A stretch of 64,000 nt of DNA from Methanohalobium sp. (lineage in GTDB: Archaea; Halobacteriota; Methanosarcinia; Methanosarcinales; Methanosarcinaceae), in the NCBI RefSeq assembly GCF_018609725.1, contig NZ_JAHENT010000161.1, positions 18,860 to 82,859 of the forward strand, in the 5' to 3' direction. A program made the translations under genes and the position numbers. Shown here one piece after another: positions 1 through 9,696 of the stretch. The notes under the pieces are model-generated. The model was given only the letters and a program-made list of their open reading frames with translations, was not told the DNA's origin and ran no database searches. How positions within the stretch are numbered: position 1 is the first letter of the stretch; the number at the start of each line of letters is the position of its first letter.

Positions 1-70
1 TACTAAAAGTTACATTACCCAAATTAGAAAAAGAACATAAAATAACCGTACAATAAAAGGGGGATTATAA

Positions 71-568
71 ATGGCTGAAATGATAAGAAGAGGACCTACA
101 GGAATGAGAAGAAGGAGACCCACAGGAATCGCAAAAGGACCATCGTTATTCTCATGGGATCCTTTTGAAGAACTTAGAGAAACCCAGCAGCATTTAAGTG
201 ATTTATTCGAGAACCTTATGCCTGCAGAATGGGCAGAAAGTGAAACCTTTGCACCACTTGTAGATGTCAAAGAAGAGGATAACAATGTTGTTGTTAGCGC
301 TGATATGCCGGGTGTAAACAAAGAAGATGTGGACATCAATGTCAGAGACGACATGGTAGAAATTAATGCCCAGCATAAAGAAGAATCCGAATCTGAAGAA
401 GAAGGATTTTACAGAAAAGAACGTACATACCGAGCATTCTCCAGAGCTGTACCACTGCCTGCATCTGTAACCGAAGAGGGAGCAAGTGCCAAACTTGAAG
501 ACGGTGTCCTTAAAATTACTCTACCAAAAGCCAGTGAGAAAGAAGAAAAGAAAATTACAGTCGAATAA
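71..568 (+). CDS. Small heat-shock protein, Hsp20/alpha-crystallin family
   Basis: PLVDVKE..ADMPGV..ERTY..F.R.V.LP..A.LEDGVLKITLPK motifs; C-terminal IxV motif (KITVE). Confidence 0.95.
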   Translation: MAEMIRRGPTGMRRRRPTGIAKGPSLFSWDPFEELRETQQHLSDLFENLMPAEWAESETFAPLVDVKEEDNNVVVSADMPGVNKEDVDINVRDDMVEINAQHKEESESEEEGFYRKERTYRAFSRAVPLPASVTEEGASAKLEDGVLKITLPKASEKEEKKITVE

Positions 569-589
569 ACAAAATGGAGGTGATATACA

Positions 590-1051
590 ATGGCTGAAAT
601 GATAAGACGAGGATCTACCGGAATAAGACGAAGAGACCCCTTTGAAGAAATCAGAGAAACTCAGGATTATTTAAGTGATTTATTCAACCGATTTGCACTT
701 GGAGGATTCAGCGGCGTTACAGGTACAACATTCTCGCCGCTTGTAGATGTAAAAGAAGAGGACAAAAATGTTGTTGTTACCGCTGACATGCCGGGTATAG
801 ATAAAAATGGCGTTGATATTACAGTAAGAGACGATACCTTAGAAATCAGTGCCAAACGCAGTGAAGAGTCCGAAACCGAAGAAAAAGGATATTACCGCAA
901 AGAGAGAACCTACAGTGAATTTTATAGAACTGTCCCATTACCTGTAACTGTAGATGAAGAAAACGCAAGTGCCAAACTTGAAGGTGGAGTGCTGAAAGTC
1001 ACTTTACCAAAGTCTGAAAAAGAACAGGAACACAAAATTACTGTTGAATAA
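590..1051 (+). CDS. Small heat-shock protein, Hsp20 family (tandem paralog)
   Basis: Same motifs; N-terminus MAEMIRRG shared with upstream copy; RBS GGAGGTGA. Confidence 0.95.
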   Translation: MAEMIRRGSTGIRRRDPFEEIRETQDYLSDLFNRFALGGFSGVTGTTFSPLVDVKEEDKNVVVTADMPGIDKNGVDITVRDDTLEISAKRSEESETEEKGYYRKERTYSEFYRTVPLPVTVDEENASAKLEGGVLKVTLPKSEKEQEHKITVE

Positions 1052-1102
1052 TGTGGATAATTGAATTGAATCGATTTATCCACTACTTTTTTTGATATAT
1101 TG

Positions 1103-1167
1103 GCGGCATCAGAGATTAGATATTCATCATACTTTTACTCAGTCGGGGTAACTTTCATCATCGCCGC
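1103..1167 (-). ncRNA. Archaeal C/D-box guide sRNA
   Basis: Minus strand reads GCGGCG-ATGATGA(C)-AAGTTACCCCGA-CTGA(D')-GTAAAAGT-ATGATGA(C')-ATATCTAATCT-CTGA(D)-TGCCGC; terminal stem; TATATAA-like box ~25 nt upstream. Confidence 0.9.
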
Positions 1168-1244
1168 ACAATAGATGTTATATAGATGATATTATATATT
1201 CCTACTGCTACTTTTAACTGCTATAATCTAAAAGAGGAATATAA

Positions 1245-2012
1245 TTGAAATTAGAAGCGTTTACTGTAGATAATATACCCCTGATTAAAAAGGGCGATGA
1301 CCTTGCAGAAATAATAAGTAATAACATCGAGTTGGATGACGGAGATATTGCTGTAATCGCTTCCACAATTGTAGCCAAATCCGAAGGTCAGGTATTCAAA
1401 CTTGAAGACATAAAACCTTCTGAAAATGCGGTAAGAATTGCAAACAAAAACCGTTTTACTCCTGCTTTTGTACAGGTGATTCTTAACAGAAGTAGAGAAT
1501 GCCTTGTCGAATCCCCAATAATGCTTGTTGAAACATGTAATGGAAACGTCTGTATAAATGCTGGCATAGATGACTCAAATATAGAAAAAGGTTTCATTCT
1601 CGACCTACCGGAAAATCCTGATGAAAGTGCTGAACTGATAGGTAAACGTCTTACAGAACTTACCGGCAAACAGTTAGGAGTTATCATTACAGATACAAAC
1701 GGCAGGGCATTTAAAATCGGACAGACAGGCGTAGCAGTGGGTGTATATCAAATTCCGGCAATCAAGAACTGGCGCGGTGAAACAGACCTTTACGGTAATG
1801 CTCTTGAAATCACAGAAGAGGCTGTTGCGGATGAAATTGCCGGTACTGCCAATCTGCTGATGGGAGAAGGAGATGGCGGTAACCCTGTGATAGTTGTAAG
1901 AGGGATGGATATTTTAACCGAGGAAAAAAGAACGGTTAAAGAGATGCATCGTCCAGACGATGAAGATATAATCAAAAAGGGATTACGCTGTTTGAATCAG
2001 TCAAATTCCTGA
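1245..2012 (+). CDS. cofE: Coenzyme F420-0:L-glutamate ligase
   Basis: P.IKKGDDLA, STIVAKSEG, NAGIDDSN, IITDTNGRAF, EAVADEIA..ANLLMGEG motifs. Confidence 0.93.
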   Translation: MKLEAFTVDNIPLIKKGDDLAEIISNNIELDDGDIAVIASTIVAKSEGQVFKLEDIKPSENAVRIANKNRFTPAFVQVILNRSRECLVESPIMLVETCNGNVCINAGIDDSNIEKGFILDLPENPDESAELIGKRLTELTGKQLGVIITDTNGRAFKIGQTGVAVGVYQIPAIKNWRGETDLYGNALEITEEAVADEIAGTANLLMGEGDGGNPVIVVRGMDILTEEKRTVKEMHRPDDEDIIKKGLRCLNQSNS

Positions 2013-2467
2013 CTGAAATTAATAGTTTCGATTCCCGCATCTGAAAGGAAGTTCAGTGCTTCATCATCAGGATAATCTGAAAAATAAATTACCTTTTTTA
2101 TATTGGCATTGATTATCATTTTAGCACATAGTATACAGGGCTGATGAGTGCAGTAGATAGTTGCATTGTCGGTACTTACACCATGAAGAGCCGCCTGGAT
2201 AATAGCGTTTTGTTCGGCATGAACTGCACGACACTTTTCATGCTGTGTTCCTGACTCTATATTATACTGCTGTCTAATACAACCAATATCAAGACAATGT
2301 TCAAGGTTACTCGGTGCTCCGTTATAACCGGTAGATATAATTCGCTTGTCCCTTACAATAACAGCGCCTACCCTGTTACGCAGGCATGTAGCTCGTTTTG
2401 CAACAACCGATGCTATCTCAAGAAAATATTCATCTATACTGAGTCTATCCTCATTATCTGTCATCAA
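1997..2467 (-). CDS. Cytidine/dCMP deaminase family (ComEB-like) zinc protein
   Basis: HAEQNA and PCILC zinc motifs; STGYNG. Confidence 0.9.
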   Translation of the reverse strand: MMTDNEDRLSIDEYFLEIASVVAKRATCLRNRVGAVIVRDKRIISTGYNGAPSNLEHCLDIGCIRQQYNIESGTQHEKCRAVHAEQNAIIQAALHGVSTDNATIYCTHQPCILCAKMIINANIKKVIYFSDYPDDEALNFLSDAGIETINFSQEFD

Positions 2468-2611
2468 TATTCATAAAATAAAAAGTGGTATATATAATTA
2501 TAAGCGTCTAATCTCCCAAACAATTGGAAGGAAATTTTTAAAAATAAATCGTGTCCTTTACAGTATCAGAGGTTTGAAGAGTATGAAGGGTTACTTTAAA
2601 ATTTAGTTAAT

Positions 2612-3529
2612 TTGGAGTTATTAACCATGAGATTTGGTCTGATAGAAAGTCTGGATTCATTTGTAAAAAATCATAACAACCGGCAGGTTATAATGCTACC
2701 TGTTGCAGTTTTTCTGGTTTCACTTTTAATTATAGGATTGATGTTTTTTAGCAGCGGTTCCCCTGTTAGACTCGGAATGGAATTTGAAGGCGGTTCCATG
2801 ATTGCCATGACCACAGAGGATTCTACTGATTATCTGGAAGAACAGTATTCCGAGTTTCCCATACAGGATTTGCGTAAAACAGGTGACAGGGTGGTTATGC
2901 AGTTTGGGCCTATGGGTAGTGAGCAGCAAATTGCTATTGAAGATGAGATATCATCCAAATATTCAAATGTAGAAATACGACAGATTGGACCTGTGTACGG
3001 GGAATCCCTACAAAGGCAGGCACTGATGGCATTACTTATTTCGTTTATAGGTATGGCTGCTGTGGTTTATCTGATATTCAGAACCCCTGTACCTTCGTTT
3101 GTAGTTATCGCTTCTGCTGTTTCTGATATAACAATTGCTGCCGCACTTATGAACCTTACAGGAATTGAACTGTCTTTTGGCACGGTTGCAGCATTATTAA
3201 TGATTATAGGATATTCTGTAGACAGTGATATATTGCTCAACAATCGTTTGTTAAAGAGAAAGGGTAACCTTGATGAAAAAATAACCAGAGCAATGCATAC
3301 CGGAGTTATCATGACAACTACTACACTTTCAGCAGTTGTTATGCTTTATCTCATATCAACCTATACATATCTTATCATACCCTGGATTTCTCAAGTGAGT
3401 ATTTTATCCGACATATCCGTAGTGCTTATCTTCGGATTAGCCGCAGACCTGTTAAATACATGGGTGTTTAACACCGGGGTACTGAGATGGCATCTTGGAA
3501 AAGGTAAAGGCAGGAGGTCAAAAGCATGA
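2612..3529 (+). CDS. secF: Protein translocase subunit SecF
   Basis: LGMEFEGG, IGPVYG, IIGYSVDSDILL motifs; multiple TM segments; true start may be slightly downstream. Confidence 0.92.
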   Translation: MELLTMRFGLIESLDSFVKNHNNRQVIMLPVAVFLVSLLIIGLMFFSSGSPVRLGMEFEGGSMIAMTTEDSTDYLEEQYSEFPIQDLRKTGDRVVMQFGPMGSEQQIAIEDEISSKYSNVEIRQIGPVYGESLQRQALMALLISFIGMAAVVYLIFRTPVPSFVVIASAVSDITIAAALMNLTGIELSFGTVAALLMIIGYSVDSDILLNNRLLKRKGNLDEKITRAMHTGVIMTTTTLSAVVMLYLISTYTYLIIPWISQVSILSDISVVLIFGLAADLLNTWVFNTGVLRWHLGKGKGRRSKA

Positions 3530-5229
3530 GTGATGATGAAGAAAACGGTAGTCTGCTGAGAGACAGGCGCGTTCAAATTTTTATATTAGCTATTATAGCG
3601 TCCCTTATTGCTATACAGCCTATATACGTCCCCGGTGAAGGTGCACAATCAAACCTTAATTATGGACTCGACCTTGAAGGGGGTTCATGGCTCCAGTTAC
3701 AGCTTCAGGGGGCTATCGCTCAGGTTGATGGTGACTCCGGTAAAATGGTGGAAGATATTGTCGAATCCTCAATAGATGCAGATATTACAATAACCAATGT
3801 AAATATACCTCCAGATGACAGTACCACCGGAACTGTAACATTTGTTACAAACAGCTCCCTTACCCAGTCGCAGATAAACCTTTTAAATATTGGTCAGGCT
3901 TCTATAAACAGAGAAGATAACCAGACCAATGTTGAAATCCAGACCACAAAGCAAAGACTGATTACTTCTTATTTATCCAATGCTTTGGATACTGAAGTAG
4001 TACCTTTGCCCCGACAGGACAGTACAGAGTATGAAATACGAACTTCTGTTTCACAGCAGGAACTACAAAACCTGATGCAAAAAGTTGATGGATCAATTGT
4101 AACAGGTCCAGAAGGGTCTCCACTATACCGACAAGGCGTTACTGAAGATACAAGAGAACTTACTAAAGAAACACTGAGTGAAAAACTGAACGCCCTTGGT
4201 CTGAAAGATATACCCGTACGCAGTGCCGGTGAAAATTACATTCTGATTGATTTTGCCGGTGTTGATCTTGCCACTGCAAAAGAGGTTGCCCAGCAACCCG
4301 GTAAATTCGAAATACGGATTGTTACCGAAGGCAACAGAACCCGTCATGTCCTGTATGGTGAAGAAATAAAAAGTGTAGGGGTACCAAGCTTCCAGAATCA
4401 GCAATGGAATGTTCCGTTTACTCTATCAGACTCAGGTGCAAAATCACTCCAGAAAGCCGCTATAGAAACAGGTGCAATCAATAATCCTTCTGAACATCCT
4501 CTAAAAATGTATCTTGATGATGAGCAGATATATAGTGCTCCGTTAAGTCCATCTGCAGCCAATACTCTGCAGGATTCACTTATCTACTCCTGGCAATCAT
4601 CAGTTGGCGGAGGAGAAGAAGGAAAAGATGAAGCCGAACAGCTCCAAATACACCTAAGGGCAGGTGCGTTACCGGTAAATGTTGAAATCGTCGGTTCTGG
4701 ACACATCGATGCATCACTTGGTGAACAATTCAAAACATTGGCAGTTTTAGCAGGTTTATTTGCTCTGATAGGAGTCGCAGGTGTTATATATAACAAATAC
4801 AGGGAAAAGCGTATCCTTATCCCAATGGTTGGAATATCCTTCAGTGAAGCGGTCATGATACTAGGATTCTCCGCTGCTATCGGATGGCAGCTCGATCTTC
4901 CAAGTATTGCAGGCATTATAGCCGCCATTGGTACAGGTATTGACCATCTGGTAATCATAACAGATGAGGTATTATACGAAGGGAAATTACCTCCCACAAA
5001 GATATATCTTTCAAGAATCACCAAAGCCTTTGGAATTATAATTGGTGCAGCAGCAACAACAATTATAGCCATGTCACCTCTAATGGTTCTTGGTTTTGGT
5101 GCACTGAGAGGTTTTGCACTTACAACTATTGTAGGTGTGTTAATCGGTGTGTTCATTGCAAGACCGGTTTACGGAAAAATCATAAAAGAGGTGCTTAAAG
5201 ATACCACCACGGACGGTACTGAGATATAA
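3526..5229 (+). CDS. secD: Protein translocase subunit SecD
   Basis: LNYGLDLEGG, HLRAGALP, IGTGID, LRGFALTTIVGVLIG; ATGA overlap with secF. Confidence 0.93.
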   Translation: MSDDEENGSLLRDRRVQIFILAIIASLIAIQPIYVPGEGAQSNLNYGLDLEGGSWLQLQLQGAIAQVDGDSGKMVEDIVESSIDADITITNVNIPPDDSTTGTVTFVTNSSLTQSQINLLNIGQASINREDNQTNVEIQTTKQRLITSYLSNALDTEVVPLPRQDSTEYEIRTSVSQQELQNLMQKVDGSIVTGPEGSPLYRQGVTEDTRELTKETLSEKLNALGLKDIPVRSAGENYILIDFAGVDLATAKEVAQQPGKFEIRIVTEGNRTRHVLYGEEIKSVGVPSFQNQQWNVPFTLSDSGAKSLQKAAIETGAINNPSEHPLKMYLDDEQIYSAPLSPSAANTLQDSLIYSWQSSVGGGEEGKDEAEQLQIHLRAGALPVNVEIVGSGHIDASLGEQFKTLAVLAGLFALIGVAGVIYNKYREKRILIPMVGISFSEAVMILGFSAAIGWQLDLPSIAGIIAAIGTGIDHLVIITDEVLYEGKLPPTKIYLSRITKAFGIIIGAAATTIIAMSPLMVLGFGALRGFALTTIVGVLIGVFIARPVYGKIIKEVLKDTTTDGTEI

Positions 5230-5247
5230 GAATAAGGTGTGGATTAG

Positions 5248-6285
5248 ATGAAGGATATCTGGACTGTAAAATACAAACCGAAAAAACTTGATGATATAGC
5301 AGGTAATGAGTTTTCAATCAATACATTGAAAAAAATATTAAAGTCCAATAACCTTCCACACCTTATTTTTCAGGGTCCTGTTAATTCCGGTAAATCATCC
5401 ACTGCTTTTGCACTTGCAAATGAACTCTATGGTAAACATTATGAAAACAATTTTACGTATTTCAATGCTTCTGATTTCTTTGATCAGGGAAAACGATATC
5501 TGGTCAGAGATAGGCGATTTGCACGTATTATCGGTACTCAAGACCCCAAAAAAATACGCATGAGCGTACTATCCATATTCAAACAAATTATCAATGAATA
5601 TGCGAGTATGCGACCTATTGATTCTGATTATAAAATCATATTCATAGATGATGCACAATCTCTGGATTCCAGTTCCCAACAAGCTCTTCGACGTATCATG
5701 GAAAAATACACCTCAACCTGCAGGTTCATACTTTCTACAACCCAACCGTCAAAACTTATACAACCCTTAAAGTCCCGGGGTTTAAGGTTGTTTTTTACCT
5801 ATGTAACCGAAAAAGAGCTTAAAGATTATATTCAACCGATCGCAGAAAACGAAGGCATACAATTTACAGAAGATGGTCTCGAAGCGCTTTGGTATGTATC
5901 CAGAGGAAACATTTCCAGAGCATTAACCACCACACAAATTGCGTATTTGCATTCCAAGGATGAGGATACAAATATATCCCTCCAGGACATTTATGAAGCT
6001 GTATTGAATGATATTCCCGAAAAAGAAAATATCGACCAGCTTTTTAGTGCGGCTGTTAACAAAGATATCGACACAGCACACAAAATTATAGACAATTTGC
6101 TGATTGAAAGCGGTTTTTCAGGATACGAAATACTGGAATCTCTTTATGATGTAGCGGTTGAATCCGGTGACAACGACCTGAAAGTTGCTGATATGGTTAA
6201 AAAAATCGCGGAGATTGATTTCCACATACTTGATGCTGCAAATGCACGTATACAGTTGGAATATCTGATAACTGATTTGTATTGA
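5248..6285 (+). CDS. Replication factor C small subunit, divergent (RFCS2-like, as in the three-subunit Methanosarcina RFC)
   Basis: WTVKYKPKKLDDIAG, atypical Walker A GPVNSGKSS, QALRRIMEKY, LKSR. Confidence 0.85.
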   Translation: MKDIWTVKYKPKKLDDIAGNEFSINTLKKILKSNNLPHLIFQGPVNSGKSSTAFALANELYGKHYENNFTYFNASDFFDQGKRYLVRDRRFARIIGTQDPKKIRMSVLSIFKQIINEYASMRPIDSDYKIIFIDDAQSLDSSSQQALRRIMEKYTSTCRFILSTTQPSKLIQPLKSRGLRLFFTYVTEKELKDYIQPIAENEGIQFTEDGLEALWYVSRGNISRALTTTQIAYLHSKDEDTNISLQDIYEAVLNDIPEKENIDQLFSAAVNKDIDTAHKIIDNLLIESGFSGYEILESLYDVAVESGDNDLKVADMVKKIAEIDFHILDAANARIQLEYLITDLY

Positions 6286-6345
6286 AAAACTTTAATTACC
6301 CTTACTAATTAATCCTTCATATAAAATAACCTTTTTTGAATAAAA

Positions 6346-7989
6346 ATGTCAGAAAATACAGATGATTTTAACCGGGTTTGCAGACAACTTCTTGAAATGG
6401 TACTGGATGGTACAATAACCAGCAACACAGAATTGAACAAAGCCAAGAAAAGATTGAGTTCAGCCTATCGGTTTTCCTCACTTCCGAGAAATTCAGACAT
6501 CATAACGGTGGGTACTGAAAAAGAACAAAAACAAGCAATGGAGATACTTCGCCGTAAACCTGTACGCACTATCTCCGGTGTAGCAGTGGTTGCTGCAATG
6601 ACCTCTCCCGCCCCATGTCCTCATGGTGTATGTGTCCCGTGTCCCGGTGGACCGGATTCAGAATTTAATTCCCCCCAAAGCTACATGGGCCTTGAACCTG
6701 CAACCAGACGTGCTATTCGTAATGAATACGACCCATATAAACTGGTCACATCGCGTTTATCCCAGTTAAAAGAAATCGGACACGATATAGACAAAGCTGA
6801 ACTTATCGTTATGGGTGGTACATTTACATCAAGGCCTATAGATTATCAGGAATGGTATACCAAAAAATGCATTGAAGCAATGAACGATTTCTATGACACT
6901 TCATGGAGAGATAACGCCCATAAAATCGGTAAAACCCAGACATATATACCTCTTGAAGAGGTGCAGAAGGCAAATGAAAACGCTCCTATAAGAAACATAG
7001 GCATAACCTTTGAAACCAGACCTGACTGGACAAATACCCAACATATAGACAGAATCTTGAAACTGGGTGCTACAAAAGTAGAAATCGGTGTCCAAAGTGT
7101 ATACGATTTTGTACTTTCAAGGATTAAACGGGGACATACCGTCAATGATACTGCTGAAGCAAACCGTATGTTAAGAGATAGTGGGCTCAAAGTTGGATTT
7201 CACATGATGCCAAATCTTCCAGGCATGGATTATGAGCGCGAGCTTAGAGGATTTGAGAGATTGTTTGATGATTCACGATTTATGCCTGATTACCTAAAGA
7301 TTTATCCAACTCTTGTAACAGAAGGTACTGAACTCTATAAGATGTGGGAAAGAGGTGAATACACTGCTCTTGATGACAATGAAGCCGTCGAACTGATTTC
7401 AGATGTTAAAGCAATGCTTCCAAAATGGGTGCGTTTGCAGAGAATCCAGCGAGATATACCATCCCAGCAGATATTTGCCGGTGTTAGAAAAAGCAATATC
7501 CGCCAACTTGCAAGAGAACGTCTCCAGGAAAAAGGTGGAAAATGCCGGTGTATCAGATGCAGGGAAGTGGGACACAACATCCTGAAAGGTATTGAACCCA
7601 GTGATGAAAATATCGAGTTTACTGTTGAATCCTACAATTCCTGTGGAGGAGTAGAGCATTTTCTTGCTTTTGAAGATGTAAAACAGGACATACTAATAGG
7701 ATTCCTGAGGCTTCGATTTCCTGCAAGACCCCACCGAAATGAACTGCAGGATGCATCTGTTGTAAGGGAATTACATGTCTATGGTTCAATGGCACCGTTT
7801 GGAAGTTCAGAAAATAAATACTGGCAGCACAGAGGTTACGGTTCCGAACTGCTCGAACAGGCAGAGAAAATATCATATAATAGTGGCTACAAAAAACTGG
7901 CAATCATAAGTGGTATTGGCGCTCGCGAATATTATCGCAAATTTGGATATTACCTTGATGGGGTCTACATGTCAAAACGTCTTTATTAA
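6346..7989 (+). CDS. elp3: Elp3 tRNA uridine(34) acetyltransferase (radical SAM + GNAT)
   Basis: CPHGVCVPCPGG, TFETRPD, LKIYPTLV, VRELHVYG, QHRGYG motifs. Confidence 0.95.
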   Translation: MSENTDDFNRVCRQLLEMVLDGTITSNTELNKAKKRLSSAYRFSSLPRNSDIITVGTEKEQKQAMEILRRKPVRTISGVAVVAAMTSPAPCPHGVCVPCPGGPDSEFNSPQSYMGLEPATRRAIRNEYDPYKLVTSRLSQLKEIGHDIDKAELIVMGGTFTSRPIDYQEWYTKKCIEAMNDFYDTSWRDNAHKIGKTQTYIPLEEVQKANENAPIRNIGITFETRPDWTNTQHIDRILKLGATKVEIGVQSVYDFVLSRIKRGHTVNDTAEANRMLRDSGLKVGFHMMPNLPGMDYERELRGFERLFDDSRFMPDYLKIYPTLVTEGTELYKMWERGEYTALDDNEAVELISDVKAMLPKWVRLQRIQRDIPSQQIFAGVRKSNIRQLARERLQEKGGKCRCIRCREVGHNILKGIEPSDENIEFTVESYNSCGGVEHFLAFEDVKQDILIGFLRLRFPARPHRNELQDASVVRELHVYGSMAPFGSSENKYWQHRGYGSELLEQAEKISYNSGYKKLAIISGIGAREYYRKFGYYLDGVYMSKRLY

Positions 7990-8094
7990 TGATGCAAAAA
8001 ACAATATCTCTATAAACAGATTATTAGGGTTGGTTTAAAATGCTATCAATGTATTATATACCAGTATCCCATATCGAAACTACATTGACAGTCC

Positions 8095-8460
8095 ATGATT
8101 ACAATGTCTGAAAACGATACATTTGACCAAATACTTGACAAACTGAACGAAATCAACGAAAAACTGGACAGACTATTACAGGATACAAACAACAGCAACA
8201 TAAATGATAAAGACAAAGAAAGCATAATATCAAATTCTATGGATGTGATGACACTTATATCACTTCCAGAACACCTTCGCACTACAGCAACCACATTACT
8301 TAAACTGGAACAGGCTACTGCCAATGAAATAGCAGAGATAACTGAAAAAGAAAGGGCGGTTGAAAGTAATTATCTGAACCAGCTGGTTAAACTGGGATAT
8401 GCTTACAAATTCAGGAAGGGAAAACAGATATACTTTAAATTCGATGATAACGTGAATTAA
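8095..8460 (+). CDS. Winged-helix DNA-binding protein with N-terminal coiled coil
   Basis: ATANEIAEITEKERAVESNYLNQLVKLGY followed by wing RKGKQIYF. Confidence 0.75.
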   Translation: MITMSENDTFDQILDKLNEINEKLDRLLQDTNNSNINDKDKESIISNSMDVMTLISLPEHLRTTATTLLKLEQATANEIAEITEKERAVESNYLNQLVKLGYAYKFRKGKQIYFKFDDNVN

Positions 8461-8482
8461 CAATAATTTTAATAAATATTAA

Positions 8483-9244
8483 TTGAGTGGGAATTATATG
8501 AGTTTTACACTAGCGGTTCATTCTTCTAAAGGGGGCACTGGAAAAACAAGTATTGCTATAAATCTTGCAGGTGTATATGCATCAGAAGGTTACAACGTAT
8601 GCCTTCTTGATTTTGATTTCAAAGCTCCATCATTCACCAATTTTTTCAAAATAAAACCCAGATACTGGATTAATGATGTCCTTCATGACAGATGCAGTAT
8701 TAAAGATGCAGTAAATGATATTAGCAATGATTTTGATACATCAGGGCGTTTATATGTAGGTCTTACAGACCCGGATATAGAATCCATCCGCGAGATTTCA
8801 AGTAAAGACCGTGACTGGCAGGCAAAAGCTCTGAGATTCCTTATAAGAGCAAAAAAAGAACTTATTGATTCAGGAATAGATGTTGTTATACTGGATACAA
8901 GCCCGGGTATTGACTATGAGTCAATCAATGCTGTTGCGGCATCCGATTATGTCGCCGTTGTAGTCAAACAAAACTATACATGCATCAAAAGTACTGAACA
9001 GGTAATAGACGGCATCTACAACATACTTCACAAAAATTGTGCCATAATTGAAAACATGTGCCATGATGGATATTTATACCCTAAAAATAGTAAAAATCAA
9101 AACACACCTGTTGTAGAATCAATTCCATGTATGTGCGATATAACTGCAAAAACCGACAATGACCTCATCGTATTTTCTGAACCCGACCACGTTTTTTCAA
9201 AGGCGATGTATAAAATATCACAAAATATTACAAAGATGGGGTGA
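8483..9244 (+). CDS. MinD/ParA family ATPase
   Basis: Deviant Walker A KGGTGKTS, LLDFD, ILDTSPG; last codons and stop come from the adjacent mobile element. Confidence 0.88.
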   Translation: MSGNYMSFTLAVHSSKGGTGKTSIAINLAGVYASEGYNVCLLDFDFKAPSFTNFFKIKPRYWINDVLHDRCSIKDAVNDISNDFDTSGRLYVGLTDPDIESIREISSKDRDWQAKALRFLIRAKKELIDSGIDVVILDTSPGIDYESINAVAASDYVAVVVKQNYTCIKSTEQVIDGIYNILHKNCAIIENMCHDGYLYPKNSKNQNTPVVESIPCMCDITAKTDNDLIVFSEPDHVFSKAMYKISQNITKMG

Positions 9245-9687
9245 CAGGGGTACGTGAAAGCCAACGGTTTCTAACCGTTCTCTTTAAATCAAAACACTCT
9301 AAATTGGAATTTAGAGTTAAATTTAAACCATTGATTTAAGTTGTTTAAAAGATATCTTTAAACGAAGTTTAAAGAGTGATAAAACAACCCCGTTGGTTAT
9401 TTTTTTTGAACCAATATTTTTTTATTTTTGTATAGCATATATAGTATTATAGATACAGCAATGCTATCATTGTACAGTTGCTTTGAGCAAGCTGCCTGAT
9501 GTAAGACATTGTTCAGTCGGTTGTTTGTGTATCATCAGGTTCCATCAAATACTGCTTGGTGTCGAGCACAAACGATGCGGCGGAGACAGTGATGCATCGT
9601 AAGGGAGTACTGGCGCCCCGCAAGTGGCAACGTCAAGATGGATGGCGACCACAGAACCCTACGGATTTATCCGTTGGAGTACGTCAG
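9232..9687 (+). mobile_element. Non-autonomous IS200/IS605-type element (PATE-like), copy 1, no ORF
   Basis: Begins right after TTAC (9228-9231); left-end hairpin AACGGTTTCTAACCGTT; right-end hairpin ACGGATTTATCCGT ending GTCAG; inverted homologous copy at 29942-30364. Confidence 0.8.
9471..9687 (+). ncRNA. Putative ~215-nt structured RNA inside element copy 1
   Basis: TATATA at 9438-9443 conserved in both copies; about 18 differences between copies over this core by manual alignment; stems with G-C/G-U alternation. Confidence 0.5.
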
Positions 9688-9696
9688 ACAAAACAG

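Noticed and set aside
9232-9290. Group II intron domain V resemblance (GTACGTGAAAG..CGGTTTC)
   Set aside because: No AGC/CGC triad hairpin, no domain VI and no GUGYG 5' end; TTAC target and TCAG end fit IS605 ends better
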